From NCBI GenBank assembly GCA_964628355.1, contig CAZVNB010000029.1:3155-67154 (forward strand): 64,000 nt of DNA, in the 5' to 3' direction. Made by a program: the position numbers and the translations under genes. Below, piece after piece: positions 41,694 to 48,638 of this stretch. Source of the stretch: an uncultured Planctomycetia bacterium (GTDB lineage: Bacteria > Omnitrophota > Gorgyraeia > 2-02-FULL-51-18). The notes below the pieces were generated by a model, which saw nothing but the letters and a program-made list of their open reading frames with translations, did no database searches and was not told the origin of the DNA. Within the stretch, counting starts at the first letter, position 1. The number at the start of each line of letters is the position of its first letter.

Positions 41694-42594
41694 AAAAGTG
41701 TTCCCTGGCGCTCGTCGTCGCAACGTGCCACCAACAACATCTCTCGCCGTCCGTTACAATATCATAGGCTTCTTCTGTGTTTTCCTCATGCTCGTTGCGG
41801 CGTGCTCTGCGCAGGCGGCCAATAATTTTTCGGCTAAAAATACTGCAGTTGCTGCTTTGGCGCAACCCCAGCAAACCATTCCGCTGGCCGAGCATCTGGT
41901 TTACGAAGTATCCTGGATGGGTGTGCCGGTGGGGCTCGGCATACTGGAGGTCAAAGAGTTGACCCAGCAGGATGGCCGCAAGGCGTTTCACGTGGTGGCT
42001 GTGGCAGAAACGAATGAATTTCTGTCCAAAATTTATCCCGTGCATGACGAAGTCCATAGTTGGATTGACGCCGAGACATTCCAGTCGTTGCAATTTCAAA
42101 AAAAAGTATCAGAAGGTTCTTACCGCGCCAATGAAATTATTCGCTACGACGGGGCCAGAAAAAAAGGTTATTACCAGTCACTGAAAAACGGCACGAAAAA
42201 AGAGTTTGATATTGCCGTGCCCGTCCATGACATCTTGAGCGCGTTTTACTGGTCCCGGCGCCAGTCCCTTGAGCCGGGCAAATCGATAAAAACCATTGTC
42301 AACAGCGACGAAAAAGATTGGGATTTGGAAATTCAAGTCCTGCGCCGAGAAACAAAGGAGCTAAGAGGGCAGGGCTTGTTCGACACGATTTTGATTGAAC
42401 CCAAAACCCGCCTCAAAGGGGTGTTGGAAAAACGCGGACGGGTGTGGGTTTATTTGAAAAATGACCGTTTTCGCACGCCCGTTTTGATTACATTCAGAAC
42501 GCCTTTTGGGCCAGCGATAGGGATTTTAAAAAAAGTTAAGGTAGTTGGGCAACAGCAATATTCTAAGGCGAAGGAAAATTTATCCAAAACTTGA
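41677..42594 (+). CDS. Secreted hypothetical protein, DUF3108-like
   Basis: A signal-peptide-like segment IIGFFCVFLMLVAACSAQA is followed by YEVSWMGVPVGLGILEV. The start is uncertain between 41647 and about 41780. The family assignment is tentative. Confidence 0.45.
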   Translation: MLLVFEKVFPGARRRNVPPTTSLAVRYNIIGFFCVFLMLVAACSAQAANNFSAKNTAVAALAQPQQTIPLAEHLVYEVSWMGVPVGLGILEVKELTQQDGRKAFHVVAVAETNEFLSKIYPVHDEVHSWIDAETFQSLQFQKKVSEGSYRANEIIRYDGARKKGYYQSLKNGTKKEFDIAVPVHDILSAFYWSRRQSLEPGKSIKTIVNSDEKDWDLEIQVLRRETKELRGQGLFDTILIEPKTRLKGVLEKRGRVWVYLKNDRFRTPVLITFRTPFGPAIGILKKVKVVGQQQYSKAKENLSKT

Positions 42595-42937
42595 CTATAC
42601 AGCTTATAGGCTGTATCTTTTTGAAGGCAATTCTCCAGTTCGAGAATACATTGAGGGTCTATCGGAGAAACAACAGAACAAGGTTCTTGCGTATATTGAT
42701 AGGCTCGCTGAATTTGGCTTCAATCTTAAAAGACCAACCGCTGATAGTTTGGGAGGCCGACCTGGCTTGTATGAGTTGAGGCCTGATAGGCATCGAATCT
42801 TATATTTCTTTCATCGAAGAACCGAAACCATTTTGTTGCACGCTTTCTTAAAACGGACGGACGAAATACTGCAAAGAGAGATCGAAATAGCGTTGAAAAG
42901 GAAAGCGGATTACTTAGAAAGAGAGGCGTCATCATGA
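42545..42937 (+). CDS. higB: Type II toxin, RelE/ParE superfamily, HigB-like (Gp49/DUF891 type)
   Basis: YRLYLFEGNSPVREYIEGL...LGGRPGLYELRPDRHRILYFF...ILLHAFLKRTDE matches the HigB-2/Gp49 toxin pattern. The 5' end is uncertain: the ORF-track TTG start overlaps the upstream gene by 50 nt and also overlaps the promoter-like signal. Confidence 0.65.
   Translation: MGNSNILRRRKIYPKLDYTAYRLYLFEGNSPVREYIEGLSEKQQNKVLAYIDRLAEFGFNLKRPTADSLGGRPGLYELRPDRHRILYFFHRRTETILLHAFLKRTDEILQREIEIALKRKADYLEREASS
42591..42619 (+). promoter_or_regulatory. Candidate promoter with an embedded operator-like palindrome for the toxin-antitoxin cassette
   Basis: TTGACT (42591-42596) is followed by a 17-nt spacer and TATCTT (42614-42619). 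The spacer contains the palindrome ATACAGC-N6-GCTGTAT (42597-42616). Confidence 0.35.
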
Positions 42938-43254
42938 AACACGCAGGAGAAAATTATCAAGACTTTAGAAAGAAGCTTTTAGGATCAGACAAAAACAGGA
43001 AAACGGGCGTACAGCTGGAAACGGCCAAGCTTGAACTTGCAGAACATCTTGTTGAATACAGAGAAAAGAAAGATATGACTCAAAAGCAACTCGCTGATAG
43101 GCTGGGAGTCAAACAACAAGTTGTGGCCAAAATAGAAAATGGTTCAAATATCACGCTTGAAACCCTTATCAAGTTTCTTAATGTCTTAGGCATTGTTTTA
43201 AAAGTAGAAGCCGTTCGGAGAAAGCGAAGCGAACAGGTTTTGCAGTTCGTTTGA
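42934..43254 (+). CDS. higA: HTH XRE-family antitoxin (HigA-like)
   Basis: It has an ATGA overlap with the toxin, and its HTH is MTQKQLADRLGVKQQVVAKIENGSNITLETLIKFLNVLG. Confidence 0.7.
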   Translation: MKHAGENYQDFRKKLLGSDKNRKTGVQLETAKLELAEHLVEYREKKDMTQKQLADRLGVKQQVVAKIENGSNITLETLIKFLNVLGIVLKVEAVRRKRSEQVLQFV

Positions 43255-43316
43255 TTTTACTTTTTCTGCGTGAATATAAGATAAGAAGATAAGGGTTTCT
43301 GTGTATTTATTTAAAG

Positions 43317-43393
43317 AACGACCGCTCTCGTACGCCCATTTGGATCACGTTCAAAACGTCCTTTGGGCCAGTGATAGGGATTTTAAAAAAAGC
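43317..43393 (+). pseudogene. Orphan 3'-terminal fragment of a DUF3108-like gene (imperfect duplicate of 42462-42535)
   Basis: It translates to NDRSRTPIWITFKTSFGPVIGILKKANTV*, compared with NDRFRTPVLITFRTPFGPAIGILKKVKVV in the intact gene. It shows about 85% nucleotide identity over about 75 bp. Confidence 0.6.
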
Positions 43394-43398
43394 TAATA

Positions 43399-43446
43399 CG
43401 GTCTAACCTGTCCCTTTTTGTTCATTTGGGACGGTATGCGGTATGC
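43399..43446. repeat. Repeat family ABC, copy A (inverted relative to B and C)
   Basis: The reverse complement GCATACCGCATACCGTCCCAAAT...GGGACAGGTTAGACCG aligns with copies B and C (CATACCGCATACCGTACCAGGTCCCAAAT...GGGACAGGTTAGCCG). Confidence 0.6.
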
Positions 43447-43490
43447 AACCTCTCCCCGTGGAACGTCGTTCGGTTTACTTTCGGTTTACC
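43447..43490. repeat. 31-bp repeat R31 copy 1 (AACCTCTCCCCGTGGAACGTCGTTCGGTTTAC plus a CGGTTTAC tail)
   Basis: The 31-mer is exactly shared with copies at 43776 and 44699. Confidence 0.7.
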
Positions 43491-43508
43491 TCCAGTATGA
43501 GCCGCAAA

Positions 43509-43750
43509 GGAGACTGCTACGACAACGCGGTGGTTGAAAGCTTCTTCAAAAGCTTGAAAGTTGAGCTTTGCAGAGAGGATCGATTTAAAACCAGGGAAGA
43601 AGCTAGATCCAGGATCTTTGAACACATCGAAGCCTTTTACAACCGCAAGAGGCTTCATTCAACTTTGGGCTACCGAAGCCCTGTTGAATATGAGAGAATC
43701 GGTTTAACTAAACTAAGTGTCCACTAAACCGGGTGAATTCCAGACTGACA
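43509..43750 (+). mobile_element. IS3-family transposase C-terminal remnant (rve integrase tail) with a probable right inverted repeat
   Basis: [62 protein letters not shown] is the conserved end of IS3 OrfB. The stop is at 43727, followed by GGGTGAATTCCAGACTGACA ending in CA (43731-43750). No N-terminal part or left inverted repeat is present. Confidence 0.65.
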
Positions 43751-43767
43751 CCTTATCCTTTATCCTT

Positions 43768-43820
43768 TATCCCCTAACCTCTCCCCGTGGAACGTCGTTC
43801 GGTTTACACGGTTTACACTC
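43768..43820. repeat. R31 copy 2 with shared upstream TATCCCCT and CTTTATC mini-repeats
   Basis: It contains CCTTATCCTTTATCCTTTATCCCCTAACCTCTCCCCGTGGAACGTCGTTCGGTTTACACGGTTTACAC. Confidence 0.7.
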
Positions 43821-44491
43821 TTGCCGGGACTGTTACGTCCAACTCGCTTTCAACGGGAAGCATTGCTTCTACTGGAAATATAATCAGCGGAGCTGCCCTT
43901 GCAACCGCGAGAAATTGGGGCGTTTATTTGTCCGGCCTGACAGGAGGCAGAAGGATTAGCGGCCAGTCATTTGGCGGTGTCGTCATTGAAGCGACCCCTT
44001 TTTCAACAATTACTCTCCGGGACAGCGGGAACGTGGGTATTGGGACAAACAATCCGTCTTATCGACTGGAAGTCCCTGTGAATTCTGCAGCTAAACCTAC
44101 CTCAAATGTCTGGACTATTTCTTCTGACGAAAGAATTAAAACTGACATCAAGGACTTTACCGATGGTCTTTCTACGGTGCTGCGCATAAAACCGCGAACG
44201 TATAAATATAATGGCCGAGCAGGCGCTGGGTACAATGATACAAATGCCCATATTGGGATCATTGCTCAAGACTTAGAACCCGTTGCGCCTTATATGGTAG
44301 GTCAATTTAAAGGCACGCTCGATGGCAAAGAAACTATACTCAAAAATTATGACGGACAAGCCTTGCCATTCATCCTGGTGAACGCCATTAAAGAGCTCAA
44401 AGCGGAAAATGATTTGCTAAAAGCGGAATTGAATAATTTAAAAATCCATACCGCACATACCGCATACCGTACCAGGTCCCAAATAGCCTAA
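43787..44491 (+). CDS. Tail-fibre-like protein with a C-terminal peptidase S74 / intramolecular chaperone autoprocessing domain; probably N-terminally truncated
   Basis: GNVGIGTNNPSYRLEV is a tail-fibre N-domain motif. SSDERIKTDIKDF is an S-D-x-R-x-K site, and IGIIAQDLEPVAPYMV...LPFILVNAIKELKAENDLLKAEL is the S74 C-terminal helix. The annotated start codon lies inside repeat R31, so the 5' end is unreliable. Confidence 0.6.
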   Translation: MERRSVYTVYTLAGTVTSNSLSTGSIASTGNIISGAALATARNWGVYLSGLTGGRRISGQSFGGVVIEATPFSTITLRDSGNVGIGTNNPSYRLEVPVNSAAKPTSNVWTISSDERIKTDIKDFTDGLSTVLRIKPRTYKYNGRAGAGYNDTNAHIGIIAQDLEPVAPYMVGQFKGTLDGKETILKNYDGQALPFILVNAIKELKAENDLLKAELNNLKIHTAHTAYRTRSQIA

Positions 44492-44540
44492 AGGGGACAG
44501 GTTAGCCGATAGATAAATTCTTGATATTTTCCTGAACGAA
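44450..44540. repeat. Repeat family ABC, copy B (~86 bp; overlaps the 3' end of the S74 gene)
   Basis: CATACCGCATACCGTACCAGGTCCCAAATAGCCTAAAGGGGACAGGTTAGCCGATAGATAAATTCTTGATATTTTCCTGAACGAA. Confidence 0.7.
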
Positions 44541-44575
44541 CGTACCACACGGGGCAAATCACAAGTCAGTTTTTC

Positions 44576-44661
44576 TCATACCGCATACCGTACCAGGTCC
44601 CAAATGGCCTAAAAGGGACAGGTTAGCCGATAGCTAAATTCTTGATATTTTCCTGAACGAA
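44576..44661. repeat. Repeat family ABC, copy C (direct repeat of B, offset 121 bp)
   Basis: It is nearly identical to B, with a few substitutions (AATGGCC for AATAGCC, AAAAGGG for AAAGGGG, ATAGCTA for ATAGATA). Confidence 0.7.
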
Positions 44662-44690
44662 AAAAGGCCCCTTCGTCGTCTTGTTATGTG

Positions 44691-44743
44691 TATCCCCTAA
44701 CCTCTCCCCGTGGAACGTCGTTCGGTTTAGTTCGGTTTATATT
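44691..44743. repeat. R31 copy 3
   Basis: TATCCCCTAACCTCTCCCCGTGGAACGTCGTTCGGTTTAGTTCGGTTTATA abuts the stop of the minus-strand gene. Confidence 0.7.
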
Positions 44744-45377
44744 ATCTCCACACAAGAAGTCTATAGTATGCCGTGAAGCAATTACCATCCGCATCTCCCG
44801 GACAATGCCATACAAGAGGTGTCCAATACCCCCATGCCCACCACCCTGAGTATGTATAAACTGTTATTCGTGAAGCTGCTGCACTGTTAGTGGGACCAGA
44901 AACAATGCGTACCGGATTTACCGCAGAACCCCCATCTTGATATCCGTGCGTACCCGAAATAACCATTTCCGTTACGCAATCATCTCCCGATATCGCACCG
45001 CATTGAAGAAGCTGGATCAAGGATGGTTTATAAGCTGAAGTAAGAATACCTCCCATAAGAAATTGAACAGTATCTCCACTTGTTACGAATCTCCATCCGG
45101 AATCATAAAAAGGTCTTAGACGCCCAGAAAGAGTGATATCACCAACCACATCCAACTTCGTCACCGGCGCCGTCGTCCCGATGCCGACATTCCCACCAGC
45201 CGTCGCCAAATTCGTGGCACCAGTAGTACTCAAGTTGACGGCATCCAAGCTTTGATACGACCCATAAGGTGAAGGATAATAGGTAGAGACAGTTACATTC
45301 TCTGCATAACACACAAAAGCCGCGAACACCAAGACGAAGGTAAACACCAGTGCTCTTAAACGCTTTTGCATTTTCAT
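44742..45377 (-). CDS. Secreted Cys-rich protein with a tail-fibre-like N-domain motif (GNVGIGTTAPVTKLDVVGD); it has no S74 domain
   Basis: It has a signal peptide (MKMQKRLRALVFTFVLVFAAFVCYA). It shares the GNVGIGT..P...L.V motif with the S74 protein, and its C-terminus is W/C-rich. It is the only minus-strand gene in the window. Confidence 0.55.
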   Translation of the reverse strand: MKMQKRLRALVFTFVLVFAAFVCYAENVTVSTYYPSPYGSYQSLDAVNLSTTGATNLATAGGNVGIGTTAPVTKLDVVGDITLSGRLRPFYDSGWRFVTSGDTVQFLMGGILTSAYKPSLIQLLQCGAISGDDCVTEMVISGTHGYQDGGSAVNPVRIVSGPTNSAAASRITVYTYSGWWAWGYWTPLVWHCPGDADGNCFTAYYRLLVWR

Positions 45378-45708
45378 TGGAAAGCTCTCCTTAAAAAAAG
45401 GCAGTATTTGCTATTGATACATCTATCATAAGTGTACGCTAGTTTATCTAACAGTCAAGTTTTATTGGGTTTTGTTAAGTCGGAGGCGTTTCTGTTGGAG
45501 GCGTACGTTTACCATACGGGCCCGCACCGCGCAGAGGATGAGACGTAGGTAAAAGACATTAGAAAAAATGACTTATAGTCAAGAACTAGACTTCCTGGTT
45601 CGGTGCCAATTTCTTAGACCAACCAGGTCCGGTTAGACAAATGCTAAGATTTTTGTTAAATTAATGGCACTTTATTAGATGATTTATCTTACTTTTGAAA
45701 GGGGGCTT

Positions 45709-47943
45709 ATGTCAGTTACAGTATTTTCCCACGGAGAAGTTTTGGCATTGTGGTCGGTGTTAGGCACGGCCGTTCTCGGCCTTTTGTATGCCGGATTTTT
45801 GATGGCTCAGGTTTTGAAAGAAGACACGGGCAATGCCCTGATGAAGAAAGCGGCAGACGCCATTCGAGTTGGGGCGAATGCTTATCTCATTCGTCAATTC
45901 AAAACCATTACTTTTTTGATTTTAATCCTGACAGCCGTGCTTTATTTCACCGCGGGCGAGCACCATATCCAGATTGGCCGCGCTTGCGCGTTTTTAATGG
46001 GTTCGATTTTTTCGGCGACGGTTGGTTTTGCGGGCATGAACCTGGCGGTGCGCGGCAACGTGCGTGTGGCGGCCGCAGCCAACAACAACAGCTTTTCCAA
46101 TGCGCTTAAGATTGCTTATCGCACCGGGACGATCACCGGAATGCTTACTGATGGGCTCGGACTTTTGGGCGGCACGGTGATTTTCATGATTTATGGCGAA
46201 AAAGCTTATGAAGTACTGCTAGGTTTTGGATTCGGCGGAACACTGTTGGCACTTTTCATGAGAGTGGGAGGGGGTATTTTTACGAAAGCGGCGGACGTCG
46301 GAGCCGATATTGTCGGTAAAATCGAAAAAAATATTCCCGAGGATGATCCGCGCAACGCCGCGACAATCGCGGATAACGTGGGCGACAATGTCGGAGACTG
46401 CGCGGGTATGGCTGCTGACATTTTTGAGTCGTATGAAGTGACCATTGTTTCGGCGATGATTTTGGGATTTGCTTCGTATGGGCACAAAGGGGTCATTTTT
46501 CCGTTGTTGGTGCGCGCCATCGGGGTTTTGAGTTCGATTGTGGGCACTTACGCGGTGCGCACCAAAGAAGAAGTGCGCGACGCGATGAAGGCGATCAACG
46601 TCGGTTTTATTCTTTCGGCGTTTATTTCTATCATCGGGTTTGTGATCGTGGGTTTCTTTTATTTAAAGTTTCCGGGGCAAGGGCAATTGCCTTTTTGGAT
46701 AAGTTTGAATGTTCCGGCGTTGGATCTTCGTCCCGTATGGACGACTTTGGTGGGAATCGTGCTGGCCATCTCCATCAATCGTTTGACAGAATATTTTACG
46801 GATACCAACAAACCTCCGGTAAAATCCGTGGCCGAATCATGCCAAACGGGACATGCCACGACGATTATTACCGGATTTGCCGTAGGTCTTGAGAGCACCG
46901 TGTGGGCGGTGCTGGTCATTGCGCTGGCGATTTTGGTGTCGGCGCTGATTTATGGTGGAACTAACCCCACGTTTATCGCGTATGGCGTCTCCATGTGCGG
47001 AATCGGGATGCTGACGTTGACGGGCAATAACATTTCGATGGACGTTTTTGGACCTGTCGCCGACAATGCAAATGGCATCGGTGAAATGGCGAAACTTCCG
47101 AAAGAAGCGCGGCAGATATTGGCGGATCTGGATGCGGTCGGCAACACGACCAAGGCTATCACCAAGGGCATCGCGATCGGATCGGCGGTGGTTGCGGCCA
47201 TTTCATTGTTCAATGCTTATATCACGGACATCAGCACCATCACCCATCGCACGTTTGATCAGATTGCAGGGTCGCTTTCCATTGCAAACCACAATGTATT
47301 TATTGGCCTTTTAATCGGGGGAGCCATCCCATTTCTTTTCAGTTCGCTGATGGTGAAGGCGGTGGGTCGCGCCGCATTTTTGATTGTGCATGAAGTGCGC
47401 GCGCAATTAAAGGACAAAGATATTTGGGAGGGAACCAAAACACCGGATTATGCGCGCGTGGTTTCGATTTGCACCGCCGCCGCGCAGCGAGAGCTCATTC
47501 GTCCGGGACTTCTGGCGATTTTGGCGCCGCTTTTGGTCGGACTGCTGTTGAAAAAAGAAGCGTTGGGCGGATTTTTGGCAGGCATGATTTTGTCCGGACA
47601 ACTTTTGGCCGTGTTCATGGCCAATGCGGGTGGCGCCTGGGACAATGCCAAAAAATTAATCGAAGATGGCCTTTTTGGCGGAAAAGGTTCGGAGGCCCAT
47701 AAGGCGTCCGTGACCGGTGACACAGTGGGGGATCCGCTGAAAGACACGGCGGGCCCTGCGCTCAATCCGCTGATCAAAGTCATGAACATGGTGGCTCTGT
47801 TGGCGATTCCTATCGTGATTCGCTATGAAAACTCTCCCACAGCTTTTTGGATCGCGATGGTCGCGGCCGTGGGACTCATTTTGTTGGTGATCAAGGATCC
47901 GGGAAAATCCAAAGAAGAGCTGGAGCTTATCCAGAGAGCATAA
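45709..47943 (+). CDS. hppA: Membrane-bound proton-translocating pyrophosphatase
   Basis: It has 15-16 TM helices with GGG(I/L)FTKAADVGADIVGK and DNVGDNVGD motifs. An AAAGGGGG Shine-Dalgarno sequence precedes the ATG at 45709. Confidence 0.85.
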   Translation: MSVTVFSHGEVLALWSVLGTAVLGLLYAGFLMAQVLKEDTGNALMKKAADAIRVGANAYLIRQFKTITFLILILTAVLYFTAGEHHIQIGRACAFLMGSIFSATVGFAGMNLAVRGNVRVAAAANNNSFSNALKIAYRTGTITGMLTDGLGLLGGTVIFMIYGEKAYEVLLGFGFGGTLLALFMRVGGGIFTKAADVGADIVGKIEKNIPEDDPRNAATIADNVGDNVGDCAGMAADIFESYEVTIVSAMILGFASYGHKGVIFPLLVRAIGVLSSIVGTYAVRTKEEVRDAMKAINVGFILSAFISIIGFVIVGFFYLKFPGQGQLPFWISLNVPALDLRPVWTTLVGIVLAISINRLTEYFTDTNKPPVKSVAESCQTGHATTIITGFAVGLESTVWAVLVIALAILVSALIYGGTNPTFIAYGVSMCGIGMLTLTGNNISMDVFGPVADNANGIGEMAKLPKEARQILADLDAVGNTTKAITKGIAIGSAVVAAISLFNAYITDISTITHRTFDQIAGSLSIANHNVFIGLLIGGAIPFLFSSLMVKAVGRAAFLIVHEVRAQLKDKDIWEGTKTPDYARVVSICTAAAQRELIRPGLLAILAPLLVGLLLKKEALGGFLAGMILSGQLLAVFMANAGGAWDNAKKLIEDGLFGGKGSEAHKASVTGDTVGDPLKDTAGPALNPLIKVMNMVALLAIPIVIRYENSPTAFWIAMVAAVGLILLVIKDPGKSKEELELIQRA

Positions 47944-47948
47944 AAAAT

Positions 47949-48008
47949 AAACACAGATTACACAGATCAAAAGAAAAGATTAGAATCTGTGTGATCTGTG
48001 TTTTATTT
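47949..48008 (+). terminator. Hairpin plus T-tract after hppA, built from the AGATTACACAGAT palindrome
   Basis: AAACACAGATTACACAGATC is followed by a 16-nt loop and GATCTGTGTGATCTGTGTTTTATTTT, giving a stem of about 19 bp with one mismatch. Confidence 0.55.
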
Positions 48009-48020
48009 TAAAAGGAATCG

Positions 48021-48638
48021 GTGGAATTTTTTTCAGAAATCCTATCCAAATTTCAGCACTTGGACCAGCTGATCGTCTGGGGCGGTTACGTCGGCATCAC
48101 CATCATCGTTTTTTGCGAGACGGGTCTGCTGGCCGGGTTCTTTCTTCCCGGAGACTCACTTCTGGTGACGGCCGGCCTATTGGCTTCACAAGGAAAACTC
48201 AATATCGTGTATCTCAATCTTCTTTTGATGGTGGCTGCCATCATGGGAGACAGCGTTGGGTACCTGATCGGGTATTTTGTGGGTCCAAAGATTTTCCGGA
48301 AGGAAAACTCCTCGTTTTTTCGGAAGGAACATTTGAAGCGCACGCATGATTTCTTTGAAAAATATGGGGGCAAGACCATCATCCTGGCGCGTTTTGTGCC
48401 GATCGTGCGCACGTTCGCGCCCACCGTCGCGGGTGTCGGGCGCATGGCTTACAAGTATTTTTTGTCCTACAATATCGTCGGCGGCGTTTTATGGGTAGGC
48501 AGCATGCTATCCATCGGGTATTTTTTAGGCCGTTCGGTTCCTCATATCGATAAACATCTGCACCTGGTGGTCGCGATCGTCATCGTCGTTTCTTTCTTGC
48601 CACTGGTGCACGAGTGGTGGAAGTCCCATGAAAAATAA
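48021..48638 (+). CDS. dedA: DedA family membrane protein
   Basis: It has the SNARE-associated/DedA core GETGLLAGFFLPGDSLLVTAG. Confidence 0.75.
   Translation: MEFFSEILSKFQHLDQLIVWGGYVGITIIVFCETGLLAGFFLPGDSLLVTAGLLASQGKLNIVYLNLLLMVAAIMGDSVGYLIGYFVGPKIFRKENSSFFRKEHLKRTHDFFEKYGGKTIILARFVPIVRTFAPTVAGVGRMAYKYFLSYNIVGGVLWVGSMLSIGYFLGRSVPHIDKHLHLVVAIVIVVSFLPLVHEWWKSHEK

Noticed and set aside
41647-41780. The first 10-45 codons of the DUF3108-like ORF (MGCCNQVRLG...).
   Set aside because: They overlap the preceding GT9-GT9 gene by up to 47 nt. A later start preceding the hydrophobic signal-like segment is more plausible, and the exact start is left open.
43447-43490. R31 considered as the left inverted repeat of the IS3-family remnant.
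   Set aside because: It has no similarity to the reverse complement of the candidate right inverted repeat (GGGTGAATTCCAGACTGACA) and does not begin with TG.
43447-44743. The R31 copies considered as a CRISPR array.
   Set aside because: There are only three copies, with irregular spacing (327 and 925 bp). The intervening sequence contains genes, not spacers, and no cas genes are present.
45378-45708. A sigma54-like TGGCAC-N5-TAGAT motif and a small ORF in the long hppA upstream region.
   Set aside because: The -12 element does not match TTGCW. No conserved peptide or structure is evident, and weaker sigma70-like hexamers (TTAGAC-N17-TTAAAT) explain the region adequately.
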